Translations under genes and position numbers: made by a program
Assembly (NCBI GenBank): GCA_963751455.1
Contig: CAVVUN010000015.1
Location: forward strand, 704,001 to 768,000
Direction: 5' to 3'
DNA length: 64,000 nt
Source of the DNA: Nitrospirota bacterium
GTDB lineage: Bacteria > Nitrospirota > UBA9217
In this document: positions 10,995-20,562 of the stretch, in pieces
How positions within the stretch are numbered: position 1 is the stretch's first letter
How the letters are laid out: every line of letters starts with the position of its first letter
The notes under the pieces: generated by a model
What the model was told of the DNA's origin: nothing
Seen by the model: only the letters and a program-made list of their open reading frames with translations
Databases searched by the model: none

Positions 10995-11240
10995 TCACCT
11001 CCTCGCAGCATACATCTTCGCACGCAAGACCTTATAGGCTGCGATAAAATCTTGGATCGGCACGCTTTCGTTCCCGTTGTATTTAGCGATGATAGCATTA
11101 ACTTCGTCAGAGGAGGCGTGAACGAAAACTGACAGATCCCGGTCAACTTCGAGGTTAGGCGCTTTTCGGGTGATTGCGAAGATCGCGGAGGACAGAAAGA
11201 TATCTCTTGTCTTGAACTGTTGGCTGGTAGGCATTATCAT
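10995..11240 (-). CDS. Small phage-type protein (DUF5659-like)
   Basis: FKTRDIFLSSAI pattern; AAAGGAG RBS; first gene of the replication operon. Confidence 0.6.
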   Translation of the reverse strand: MIMPTSQQFKTRDIFLSSAIFAITRKAPNLEVDRDLSVFVHASSDEVNAIIAKYNGNESVPIQDFIAAYKVLRAKMYAARR

Positions 11241-11299
11241 TCTCCTTTCCTTTTGCATTGTCAAAATTACAAATACACTACATACAACAGACTTTTGAA

Positions 11300-11866
11300 G
11301 CGGGAGCTCGACAACGAGGAATTATCGTGAGTTGTCGATACTCCGAGCGTGGCTGCTACTGCGAGTCGCTGAGCGGCTTCGCCTTATCGGTGCCAAGTAC
11401 TCCGGATCCGATGGCCTGTATTTGCCGAGCGGCGCTCGGATTCGCGTTGCCGTCGACCACTGCGAGACCTGATTCGATCGGCGAAAAATATCATTGTTTC
11501 CCGTGTACCGCAGGAGCACTATTTCGGCGAGCCCTATGGGTCGTCGCCCTCGGTGCGGAGCCAAATTCGGTAGTCCGCACTTTCCAATTCTCTCTGAGCC
11601 CTGAGTGTTTTGGGGAATCATGCCGGAAGGGAGCCCCGCGTCCGGGGGAATCCACTTTCGAGTCAATGAGCCCTGCTCCTGGGAAGTCAAAAAGAACATA
11701 ATCTCTGCGTTCAAAAAAACAGGGTAGCCCACCAAGTAATACGTGTGACAGCACGTAGAGAAGCTTGAGCTTCTGCCTGGTGAACTACCCTGAATTTTTG
11801 ATGAGATCGCTGTCACGACCATAGTCCTCAAGACCCTTTTGCCGTACTATTGGGAGCGGCAAGGCC
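11300..11866 (-). ncRNA. Candidate structured leader RNA with a C4/CI-like multibranch element
   Basis: Nested stems 11701-11807; loop sequences complementary to 11809-11816 and 11827-11832; long-range pair 11511-11518/11674-11681; several more hairpins. Confidence 0.55.
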
Positions 11867-11912
11867 AAAAAAAAAGCCAGTTCAAAATTCCCTTACGGGA
11901 CTTGAACTGGCT
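11867..11912 (-). terminator. Intrinsic terminator/attenuator immediately after the promoter
   Basis: agccagttcaa..ttgaactggct stem followed by a U9 tract on the minus strand. Confidence 0.8.
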
Positions 11913-11958
11913 CGTGTGTGCGAGGTGCAGTTAGTAATTTCTATTCAATTGTGAAGAT

Positions 11959-11987
11959 ATTAAAGCAGAAACTGACCGCCTTGTCAA
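11959..11987 (-). promoter_or_regulatory. Sigma70 promoter for the leader/replication operon
   Basis: TTGACA-N17-TTTAAT with TGn extension. Confidence 0.65.
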
Positions 11988-12261
11988 TTATTTTTTTTGG
12001 CTTTAAAAGTCCAGGATCCGTTCACGTCCGTCTGTTTCTGAGGAAATTGGCCCTCTTTCTCGAGGCGAACGGCTGCAGAGCGAGATCGTTCACATGCGGG
12101 CACACGGACCATCGGGTCAACCCCGGTCAGGCGGGCCTGCCGCAACAGGAACGCCTTGCGGAGCATGTCCGATGGTCCGTGCTGCAGGGCTGCTACAGCA
12201 AAATCGCCGATGCTCTGATGAAACTCCCGGAGGAGCAATGGCGCCACAGAGGCGATGTGAA

Positions 12262-12423
12262 ATGAGCATGCTTCAACGAAGCACGATATTCACAGTTCTC
12301 TGGACACTCTTCTTGATCTGCCCGGTCGAGCTCGACGCATTCTTTGCTCTCTTCTGGCTGGTTATGCTGATTGTCGGGTTGGCTATGATTGTCATAACAC
12401 CGATAAGGTGGACATTGAAGTAA
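12262..12423 (+). CDS. 53-aa two-TM membrane peptide
   Basis: MSMLQRSTIFTVLWTLFLIC..LFWLVMLIVGLAMIVI; GC hairpin follows at 12467-12490. Confidence 0.45.
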   Translation: MSMLQRSTIFTVLWTLFLICPVELDAFFALFWLVMLIVGLAMIVITPIRWTLK

Positions 12424-12603
12424 CTGCAGGCTGTTTGCTTCACTTGGCTTGTAACTAAAAAGAAGGTGGCCCCCGGTTTCCCGGGGGCCAGATCGTCTCT
12501 CTTCAAAAAGTTTACAATAAAACCCGCTAAAGTTTACAATTCCTCGGACTCAGGCCTACCCCAGACTCGAGATCGTGGCGTACAGGACAAGATTTTTTAT
12601 GGC

Positions 12604-12981
12604 TCATGAGCCAGTCTTCACTATATTCGATATCTGCACAAGAAAATCAAGCTTCCAATGCAGAAACTGCCGTTCATGCTCAGATCGTGAAGGTGATATA
12701 TTCGATGCGAGCTCTGATTGCGTCTTGTCGAATTCGAATGCAACAAATTGAGCAAGGTCGGCTATTGTGGTCGCATCTCGCGCAATCTGTTTCCCGAGAA
12801 GTTCATCGATACGGTGAGCCGTCAAAAGAACGTGGCCGACGGCTTCATCGCTCTTATCTCTCATGTCGGGATGCATTAATTGATATGTATATACGGCATT
12901 TGTTAAAGATGAAACGGAAATCTGCATTAATTGTTGAAGGAGCGCAGCCTCGATCATAGTTTCTCCAATCCGATGAGTCAA
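12604..12981 (-). CDS. Hypothetical protein
   Basis: ORF directly abutting the upstream gene. Confidence 0.5.
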   Translation of the reverse strand: MTHRIGETMIEAALLQQLMQISVSSLTNAVYTYQLMHPDMRDKSDEAVGHVLLTAHRIDELLGKQIARDATTIADLAQFVAFEFDKTQSELASNISPSRSEHERQFLHWKLDFLVQISNIVKTGS

Positions 12982-13548
12982 TTAATAGCCATAGCAGGAC
13001 ACAGTAACGTCTGCTACAGCGGAGATGGCGGGGGCAAATTTTATCGCTGAAACGGTAATGGTTTCGCTTGGCTGAAGATATTTGGGGCCGCTTTGTGTGG
13101 GTGACACGACATTTCCCTTAGCGGTTTGAACCTTAACATCTCGGAGGTTGAATACTTTTCTTGACGCTGAGTTATTTTTTACGGTGATGGTCAAATATGT
13201 TGCCTGCTTAACCCTAGCCGTGCCGCCGCCTTCCACAGTGCCAGAAGTTGAATTGCCGGCACTTTCGCCATAGAAGGTGCCACGGGTATTAACTAAGACA
13301 GTATCATCATAAGATTGGTAATTGACTACAGCACAGCCAGCTTGATTTTGTGACGCAGAGGAACGCGAAGCGTCAAGTTCGTTCACAGATTCGTGTCTGG
13401 TAGCTGCACTCGCGCCTCTACCATATTGACGATCGAGATCGTCATTGCTTATCATCTGAGCAGAACCAATACAAGGAAACGCGAGGAATACTACGAAAAT
13501 GACAGCCATGAATCGCATATGCCGCACCTCCTTGACGCAAATACCCAT
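12982..13548 (-). CDS. Secreted hypothetical protein (beta-sandwich-like C-terminus)
   Basis: Signal peptide MRFMAVIFVVFLAFPCIGSA; GGAGG RBS. Confidence 0.6.
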   Translation of the reverse strand: MGICVKEVRHMRFMAVIFVVFLAFPCIGSAQMISNDDLDRQYGRGASAATRHESVNELDASRSSASQNQAGCAVVNYQSYDDTVLVNTRGTFYGESAGNSTSGTVEGGGTARVKQATYLTITVKNNSASRKVFNLRDVKVQTAKGNVVSPTQSGPKYLQPSETITVSAIKFAPAISAVADVTVSCYGY

Positions 13549-13898
13549 GTGTCACCTCCACTTCTGATTTTTAATCTCAAGTGTATTCCTGAACTTGGTG
13601 CATTTCAAGCAAAAAAGCTCCTGGATTCCGCGGTTCATCGCATTATTATCAGATCAGCCTTGATTAAGAATATACGAACCTAATACAAGGAGAATGTAAA
13701 AAAACCCGGTTTCCTGTCCAGACAGCAACCCTTAGAAAACTCACAAATCCGTTGATAATCCGCATCTGTCCAATTGTCCGGCCCCTATATCTGAAAAGAC
13801 GGATAGGTCAAAAAGCCCCCGGCCTGTGAGAGCGCCGGGCTGATCGAAAATCAGCGGCAATTATTCACACAGGTTCGGGCAGTAGCGCTGACCGCACT

Positions 13899-14384
13899 TC
13901 ATCGTGATTCTTCCTTTTGATGTTTGGTATGTTTTTGATATATGTGGACACAAAGGCCGTTGTTGGTGTGAAACGCCTTGTCGCATTGCGTACACTTATG
14001 ATCACGTGTATACCTTTCGGGATGTTCAGCGCGCCATTCCTGCAATTTTTTTTCGTTCTGTTCGCGCCATTCAGCGTGTTGTGTGGTCAGGTGTATATGG
14101 ATGCCCGGACATTTTGTTGTGACAAAATCGCAAAGTGGACATTTATATATATCTAATCGTTTGTCATGAATTATTTGAAGTTCAGAGGAAGACACCGTTT
14201 CGCCTGGACCAGAACGATTGTCTGTTGGAAGTGACAGTAGAATATCTTCTATTGAATGAAACGCAGCACTGTAAATATTAAGTGTCCTTTCCAACCGCTC
14301 TCGAATTAAATCATCTGTTTTTTTACGTTGTTTAATAATTGCAGTTCTTCTTGCAGATCTTTTAAACGGGATCAGCTCGCCCAT
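13899..14384 (-). CDS. Tandem classical C2H2 zinc-finger protein
   Basis: CPLC-x12-H-x4-H and CTQC-x12-H-x4-H. Confidence 0.75.
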   Translation of the reverse strand: MGELIPFKRSARRTAIIKQRKKTDDLIRERLERTLNIYSAAFHSIEDILLSLPTDNRSGPGETVSSSELQIIHDKRLDIYKCPLCDFVTTKCPGIHIHLTTQHAEWREQNEKKLQEWRAEHPERYTRDHKCTQCDKAFHTNNGLCVHIYQKHTKHQKEESR

Positions 14385-14580
14385 AGTTCACCGTCCTTTT
14401 TTAATCGCTCATCTGCGCGAATTTCAGAAATGATTTTTTATTACCCATTTGACCCGGAGGTCGAGCCCCTGTAAGTCGGTGATGTGTCGTATCGGATTTT
14501 TTGCTTTGGGTCATAAAAGATACTCTTATATGACCCATCCACGGTAACACCCGTCGCTCAGGGGCGTCCCGGCACTACTC

Positions 14581-17500
14581 TCATTCCCCTAAGTCTGGCA
14601 AAAAGAAAGTGCGTTCCGATTCTGAGTATTCCCCATACTCCTTCTCGCGGTCCCAAATGCGCAGCCGTATAAAGAAGGCGAGCTTGCGCCCTAACCGTTC
14701 CATTGCGTCGGTGAGCAGCTCCTGATCGATCATGGTCGCCGTGCCGCAGCGCGTCGAACCTCCCTTCGGGTACAGCGGAGTCCAATTGTCGTTCCATATC
14801 CGAGTTCTCGAGGCAATCTTCCCGTCGGATGCGATACAGTCGATACTCTCCCGTGTACATCGGATTTCGGTTTTGGGAACCGTATAAGAGGCGGGAACCT
14901 TCAGCCCTATGGACAAATAGTCGCTTTGCCATGTACCAAACGGTATTGGTATAAGGGAATTGCAGACAGCAACCTCGTCACCCGTTTTACCTCCAGAGCT
15001 TGCTTCCTCGATCGTGATCTCTTCTGGCGGCCCCTTGAGTTCGAAAGTGTCATTAACAAACAGTAATAAATTTTTTTCGTAGAGGTAGGCACTATCAGGT
15101 AGTTCATAATCAGGCGTTATGAGGTGGGCACTGAGGGTAAGGTCGGCATACTTCTGCACCAATGACGTTACTGGCGTATGGAGCGACACGAGCATCATGC
15201 CTTCAGCGCGTGCTGTCTGCACGAGCTCGCGGACGATAGGCGAGAAATTAGCGCCGGGAGCGCAGAATCTTTCAGGGAAGTCCGAGAGCCACACCGGCCT
15301 TGCGACAGGTTCGACATCGAAGAGACCTGCAATCCCGTGAACGATGTCGACGCAAGAGCCTTCCGCGATCCTCTGGGGCATACGCAACTCGCTCACGGCA
15401 TAAGCCAGAGTCCGCAGATAAGCGGAGCGATAGACCTCGCTCATACGCTGCCAGTACTGGCCAATGATTCCCGCACGTGCGTCTGATACGTTGTCGAAAT
15501 AATACGGGTAGCGCGTGTAGTGCGTGCCCAGCTTGTCTCGTAAGGTTTTCCACTCATAGGCCCAGTGCTGGAGAAAGGGGTAGCCGCTCAAGAGTTCCAG
15601 CTTTGTCAGATTGTTCATGAGGATCGGTGGAACATGCGCGGTCTTGTGCTCCTCGAAGTAGCTATCGCTCTCGAAGTCGGCCGGAGCCCGTCCCGAGTGA
15701 GCCTGGCGCCATCCGCCGATGCCGTGCCCCTGTCCATAGGTCCGCTCCAGAATGATGTCGGCGAGAATCGAAGGGCAATGGAGGCGCGATGCGAGCACCG
15801 TGCGCAAGGGTCTACCGTCTGGCGATGTCAGGAAGACGATCGTGAGGATCTGACAGACTTCAGACTCGGTATTACACTGATCGAGATAGTCCAAAAGCGC
15901 GTCCTCCGTTGAGGACCGCGTCCCCGGATCATTGAGAAGGTTGCGGATTTCCTTGGCCGTTCTCCAGCGCGACATTGGCACTGGCCATTTCAGCCGCTCG
16001 AAAAGGAAGGAAAGCGCGAGAGGGGCCGAGGTTGCTAGGAACCATGGTGTCGCCGGGATCGGCTGCTCTCGAACCTCCTCAACCAACGTGTCAACGAAGG
16101 CAGCCGTGATCTTGTCGGCAAGTTCCACCTGCCCGACGAGCATCAGGAAGCGCACCAAGTATTTGTAACCAATGACGAAACTGTAGCGTCGGCGTCGGTA
16201 ATAAGGAAGGGGCACCGACGTGTCCTTGATGTATTGGAGCCAGCGATCCGGATAGTGCTTTGCAGCGAGCCTAATTCGCGTCATTATTTGAGCATCTGAT
16301 TCATAGTAGCTCCAGCCATGGCGATGAATGTGAGCTTTGACGAGCCATGGGTATGCAGCGTCCTTACCTTCGACAGCGAGGCTCACGAGGAAAGCTTCGT
16401 CTAGGACTTCCTCAGCGCTGTAGGTTGTTTCGCTCGTGTCGAAATAGGAGAGGATCGATTGCAGAGCTTTTGATGTTTTGCCCTGGCTCTTCCAGTGATG
16501 GAGCCACTTCGCCATGAATTCCCTGCGGCTCCTGTAATGAAGGGGCACCGCTGCTTTAGCGACGGCGGCGAAATCCTCATAGCTGAATGATGTGGGATCG
16601 ACCTTAGCAGCCTCTTTCTCCTGCTCGGAAAGCTCTTCTTCCTTAGTCTCTTTGATTTCGAGGCCAACTTTGGGCGGTCGGCCTAGAAAGACATTCTGAT
16701 TTTCTAGAAGCTCTTGGGCGGGCTGTTCATTGACCGCTCGGCCCTCGAGAACCCCTAGAGTTCGCTCGTCTAGGAATGTGCGGGCCAGTGCAGCACCTTG
16801 CGGAGATTTGAGATCCATAATCTTCGCGCATTCGTTCAGACACTCGTCGGCATAGGAATATTCGTCCGCCGAAAGGTGATGTCTATAGATGGATGGCAAG
16901 TGGTCGGGTGCAACCTTCGCCACGACTTCGATAAGTTCAGAACGCACGTGATTCGTATCGTCGCCGTCTGTGAATTCCGTGATCATCTCGATAATCGGGA
17001 CGAGCGTTTCGACGTGTGTCCGCGCGACAGCCGGTTTCCTCGCGCTCAACTCGACAACGGCATCGAGCACGTCCATCGCGTGGAGGTCTTTATGCGAGCC
17101 ATATCCGACAAGGCATTCGGCAGCGTGTGCGAGAAACTCGGCCTGTCTTCCATCCTCGTAGAGAAGCGCCATGTTTGCGAGTTCCGTCCAGCGCCCTGAA
17201 CGCTCGCTGAAATCCGTCACCTTCCCTGACAGCGCTTTCGCCTCGTCACCAAGAAGCACCGCCACACCATCTTTATCGAGGAGAGGAATCCTGTTTCCCA
17301 CATTACGTGTCGCCCAGATCGTGTCAGACCAATGGTCGGATTGGCGCGCTATGCTCAGCTCCGAGACAGGCACCCTAGTATTGCTGGGATCGGAAAGTCC
17401 AAGGAAATGAAGATCGACACCGATACGCCGGAGAGCCTCGCTGAAGGCTCGATATTGTGCGGCTTCTTTTTCGGGAGATGGACCCCAATGGACAGGTTCC

Positions 17501-20412
17501 AGATCAGCAGTAGCCGCATACACGGCTGAGAAGGTTGGAACAAGGCGGCCTGCTGCAATGTCCCGTGCAATCTCTTGGAGTTTTGCCGTTCCCTGCGGTA
17601 GCCATCCCAGATCGGCGCTGCCGAGACCCGGATGGATCATTGAATAATCGCCGCCCTTCGCACAAAACCCGATGTACAGAGCGGTCCAAAACACGTCGTA
17701 AAAGAAGGATATGACGTCCGGGTTCTCTCCGAGTGAATAGTGCTCCCGGATGAGGTTGTTGGGCACCGGAGGGATATACACATCTATCTTTGCGTCGCGA
17801 TCGCGCCAGAGGAAGAAGCATGCGGCAAAGGCCGAGAGGGACTCGTTACCGAGAGGAACGAGTTCTCTGACATCCACGCCTTTGAAACTGCCCGCCCGTA
17901 TGAGCGCGTCGTGGATTAACCGCCGCTGATCGTTCCACTTGGCGCCGCCTAGCGTTTTGCGGATAAGCTGAAGCCCCTCGATGTTTTGCGCATCACCAAG
18001 CAGACGGATGAACCTCGAGACATGGGGCTCTGGCTTCTTGAAGCCGCGCGCATAGTTTAGCGTGCGCCGCACTGTCTCCTTATCCATCAGCGCACTAACC
18101 GAGAGGAGGTGATCCGAAAGCTCCGTGAATTCCCGCTCGGGACGGTGCCGCAGCACGATCCATGCATTGACGCGGCGGGCCAGTTCATTGAGGCATGCTG
18201 GCAAGATCTGAAGTGACATTTCTTTTGGCCCGAGTCGGGCGAGTTGTGTTACTTCGCTGTCGGTCAAATTGTGGATGTCGTCTAGAAGATTCAGCGTCTG
18301 CTGACGGTTGTCGGAAACCGCAAGCGCAGTCGCTCGGTAAGCGGCAAAATCACTCGATTGAAACTCGCGGGCGTTTGAAACGCGGGTCTTCAGACTGCGA
18401 AGAAATACTGTTCGCGACAAGTCTGCGTCTTTGAAGGTCTTCTCTTCAGCGACGGCGAGTATATTTTCAATCTGCTGATCGGGCCAGCCCTTCGCGAAGG
18501 ATTCGACGACCCAATCCCGCGTTGCGCCTACGAACAAATCTTCGAAATGGCCTGCTTGCGCCCCTGCAAGCCATAGCCAGCCCCATCGCCAGTATTCAGG
18601 CGCATCATTCGCGAGCCAGTTGATGATCTTGGGCAGGAGTGCTTGATAACTTTCCGCATGGTCATCCCGCTCCCGTACCCATGCGAAGATGCTCGAGTGG
18701 AAAGGGACCATGCCGACATTGCGTGGCTCCAACAGGTGGTCGATCTGGCTGAAGTCCCCTAGCACCTGCCTTATGCCGAGGCTTGGCCAGAAGAAGTCCG
18801 ATCCCGCGAGCATGTGGAGAGCGTTCTTGGCATCCGCGCTGAGGTGAACCCAGAGCCCCCGATAGTAGGTACGGATATCGCCATCCGGACACGGCGGGAG
18901 CAATTGAATTTCCTCCGCAGACGTTGGGCGGCCTGCGCGGATAACACCCTCGTATGCGTAAATCAAATGCAGCGGGTGGCCCTGGCTGATATTAAAAAAC
19001 GCTGTCGCGATCTCGTCGATCATTTCAGAACGCCGCTCGGGAGGCGGATCAAACCGGAAGATGAGTGGACGCGCCTTGAACTGCTGCACCACCCAGCGGT
19101 GGACCGCGACCTCGTCCATACGCGGAATCTCGCTCCAGTCATCGTCATTCGCGATCGTCAGCAGCTTGCCGGGCAGCTGCTCGTCACTGACGCGCTGCGT
19201 TCCGACGATAAGATTGACATTTGGCGGTAGCGGGAGCAGTTCGTTGAAGAGGTGATTGAGTTGGTCGACGCGCTGCGTGTCGCGCCAAACGTGATCGAGT
19301 CCATCGACGATGATATAAAGCCGCTGACCTTTGCCGGCGAGGTTGGTTGCAGCAATCCCGATGGCGGCCCGCAACTCGCTAGGATCACCCTTGACGCCGG
19401 CCATGGCTTCAGGATGGCGCACATAGAGCTGATCCATTAGCGAGGTCGAAATTTCGATAAAAGAGCTGCGGTTGGAACTCGAGTCCTCCGCTGACAAAAA
19501 GTAGTGGTGTCGCGTTATGGCCGCGCCTTCCTTTTGAAGCTCCTGGGTCAGATAGCTGAGGTAGGTGCTCTTCCCGCGCCCTGGCGTTCCCCAAAGGATT
19601 GTGATCGGATTGTCGTCCCTCGCGATGCGTGCACGAAAGGTCTTGTGGAAGGCCTCGCTCGGCGGGCTGTAGCCGTCGAGGACGATAAAATCCTGTCGGA
19701 TAGGTTGCGGGCGGCGCTTCGTAATGAGCTGTACAAGATGCTCCCGCAGAATATGTCCATCGGGTTCAGGCTGGTTTTTGCGGGTCGCCCAACGACGTAC
19801 GCTCTCGCGGAAAAGAAGCCAACCCGCCGAATCAGTGTCTGTAGGTACGAGCTGATCGCGAAGATAGTCTTCGTATCTGTCGAGGTCCGGCATACCTCCT
19901 AAGAAATCGAACGTACTGAAGAATGTTTTAGCCTCGGCGGCGCCTCCGCATGCGCTCTCAACTGACTCGCGAAATTCCTTTGGTAGGAGGTCAAGGTCGA
20001 CCCGCATGCCTTTCAGGCACTTTGCGAACTCCCCAGACGGTATGCGGTTTGTTTTAAGACCAGCACTGTGGATTGGACCCATCGCTGCCACACGGGCAAG
20101 GGACTTCGCCCACTTTTCGAGCATCGCCGTCCCTTTTTCAGTTTTGGCGAGAAGCCAGTCCCAATCCAGCTCGTAGCGGCCGGGGTCGACCGTGAACTTG
20201 ACCTGTACGAGCTCGTAGGAACCATCTTTACGTGCAGCCACAACGTCGTCGAGCGCTCGGTAAGCCGTGTCGTCGGCCTCGAGCAGCACCCACGCGTAGA
20301 GCTCAGGGTCTCGGTACTGGCGAATAAGCACCTCGATACCGACGAGGTCTTGGTACTCGAAAGCTGCTCTTGTTATCGCGGCGGGCTTTATCCGGGATTT
20401 TGCCATTGTCAT
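14581..20412 (-). CDS. STAND/NACHT NTPase with N-terminal Cap4-like PD-(D/E)xK nuclease (Avs/NLR-like antiphage protein)
   Basis: AFEYQ..DDVV..QVK nuclease motif; Walker A GTPGRGKST; Walker B IIVDGLD; GHPL; long helical C-terminal region. Confidence 0.85.
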   Translation of the reverse strand: MTMAKSRIKPAAITRAAFEYQDLVGIEVLIRQYRDPELYAWVLLEADDTAYRALDDVVAARKDGSYELVQVKFTVDPGRYELDWDWLLAKTEKGTAMLEKWAKSLARVAAMGPIHSAGLKTNRIPSGEFAKCLKGMRVDLDLLPKEFRESVESACGGAAEAKTFFSTFDFLGGMPDLDRYEDYLRDQLVPTDTDSAGWLLFRESVRRWATRKNQPEPDGHILREHLVQLITKRRPQPIRQDFIVLDGYSPPSEAFHKTFRARIARDDNPITILWGTPGRGKSTYLSYLTQELQKEGAAITRHHYFLSAEDSSSNRSSFIEISTSLMDQLYVRHPEAMAGVKGDPSELRAAIGIAATNLAGKGQRLYIIVDGLDHVWRDTQRVDQLNHLFNELLPLPPNVNLIVGTQRVSDEQLPGKLLTIANDDDWSEIPRMDEVAVHRWVVQQFKARPLIFRFDPPPERRSEMIDEIATAFFNISQGHPLHLIYAYEGVIRAGRPTSAEEIQLLPPCPDGDIRTYYRGLWVHLSADAKNALHMLAGSDFFWPSLGIRQVLGDFSQIDHLLEPRNVGMVPFHSSIFAWVRERDDHAESYQALLPKIINWLANDAPEYWRWGWLWLAGAQAGHFEDLFVGATRDWVVESFAKGWPDQQIENILAVAEEKTFKDADLSRTVFLRSLKTRVSNAREFQSSDFAAYRATALAVSDNRQQTLNLLDDIHNLTDSEVTQLARLGPKEMSLQILPACLNELARRVNAWIVLRHRPEREFTELSDHLLSVSALMDKETVRRTLNYARGFKKPEPHVSRFIRLLGDAQNIEGLQLIRKTLGGAKWNDQRRLIHDALIRAGSFKGVDVRELVPLGNESLSAFAACFFLWRDRDAKIDVYIPPVPNNLIREHYSLGENPDVISFFYDVFWTALYIGFCAKGGDYSMIHPGLGSADLGWLPQGTAKLQEIARDIAAGRLVPTFSAVYAATADLEPVHWGPSPEKEAAQYRAFSEALRRIGVDLHFLGLSDPSNTRVPVSELSIARQSDHWSDTIWATRNVGNRIPLLDKDGVAVLLGDEAKALSGKVTDFSERSGRWTELANMALLYEDGRQAEFLAHAAECLVGYGSHKDLHAMDVLDAVVELSARKPAVARTHVETLVPIIEMITEFTDGDDTNHVRSELIEVVAKVAPDHLPSIYRHHLSADEYSYADECLNECAKIMDLKSPQGAALARTFLDERTLGVLEGRAVNEQPAQELLENQNVFLGRPPKVGLEIKETKEEELSEQEKEAAKVDPTSFSYEDFAAVAKAAVPLHYRSRREFMAKWLHHWKSQGKTSKALQSILSYFDTSETTYSAEEVLDEAFLVSLAVEGKDAAYPWLVKAHIHRHGWSYYESDAQIMTRIRLAAKHYPDRWLQYIKDTSVPLPYYRRRRYSFVIGYKYLVRFLMLVGQVELADKITAAFVDTLVEEVREQPIPATPWFLATSAPLALSFLFERLKWPVPMSRWRTAKEIRNLLNDPGTRSSTEDALLDYLDQCNTESEVCQILTIVFLTSPDGRPLRTVLASRLHCPSILADIILERTYGQGHGIGGWRQAHSGRAPADFESDSYFEEHKTAHVPPILMNNLTKLELLSGYPFLQHWAYEWKTLRDKLGTHYTRYPYYFDNVSDARAGIIGQYWQRMSEVYRSAYLRTLAYAVSELRMPQRIAEGSCVDIVHGIAGLFDVEPVARPVWLSDFPERFCAPGANFSPIVRELVQTARAEGMMLVSLHTPVTSLVQKYADLTLSAHLITPDYELPDSAYLYEKNLLLFVNDTFELKGPPEEITIEEASSGGKTGDEVAVCNSLIPIPFGTWQSDYLSIGLKVPASYTVPKTEIRCTRESIDCIASDGKIASRTRIWNDNWTPLYPKGGSTRCGTATMIDQELLTDAMERLGRKLAFFIRLRIWDREKEYGEYSESERTFFLPDLGE

Positions 20413-20562
20413 TTACTAGTTTTAGCGTCTATTTTGTCAATCGATTGTTATTGCTATTATCTTGCGAATATTATGCTTTCTGTTGCATACTGTCAAGAAT
20501 GTAACATGAAGTGTTTGAGGGTCGCAATTCAACAGCTCCAGGAAGAAATAATTTAATCAGTC

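Noticed and set aside
11560-11600. GGAAAGUGC resembling RNase P RNA
   Set aside because: The other universally conserved RNase P elements are not visible.
11258-11831. Overlapping ORFs as real proteins
   Set aside because: No recognisable motifs and dense RNA structure; an Ash-like peptide cannot be excluded.
14558-20556. Many antisense and nested ORFs inside long genes (also elsewhere in the window)
   Set aside because: Shadow ORFs typical of GC-rich coding DNA.
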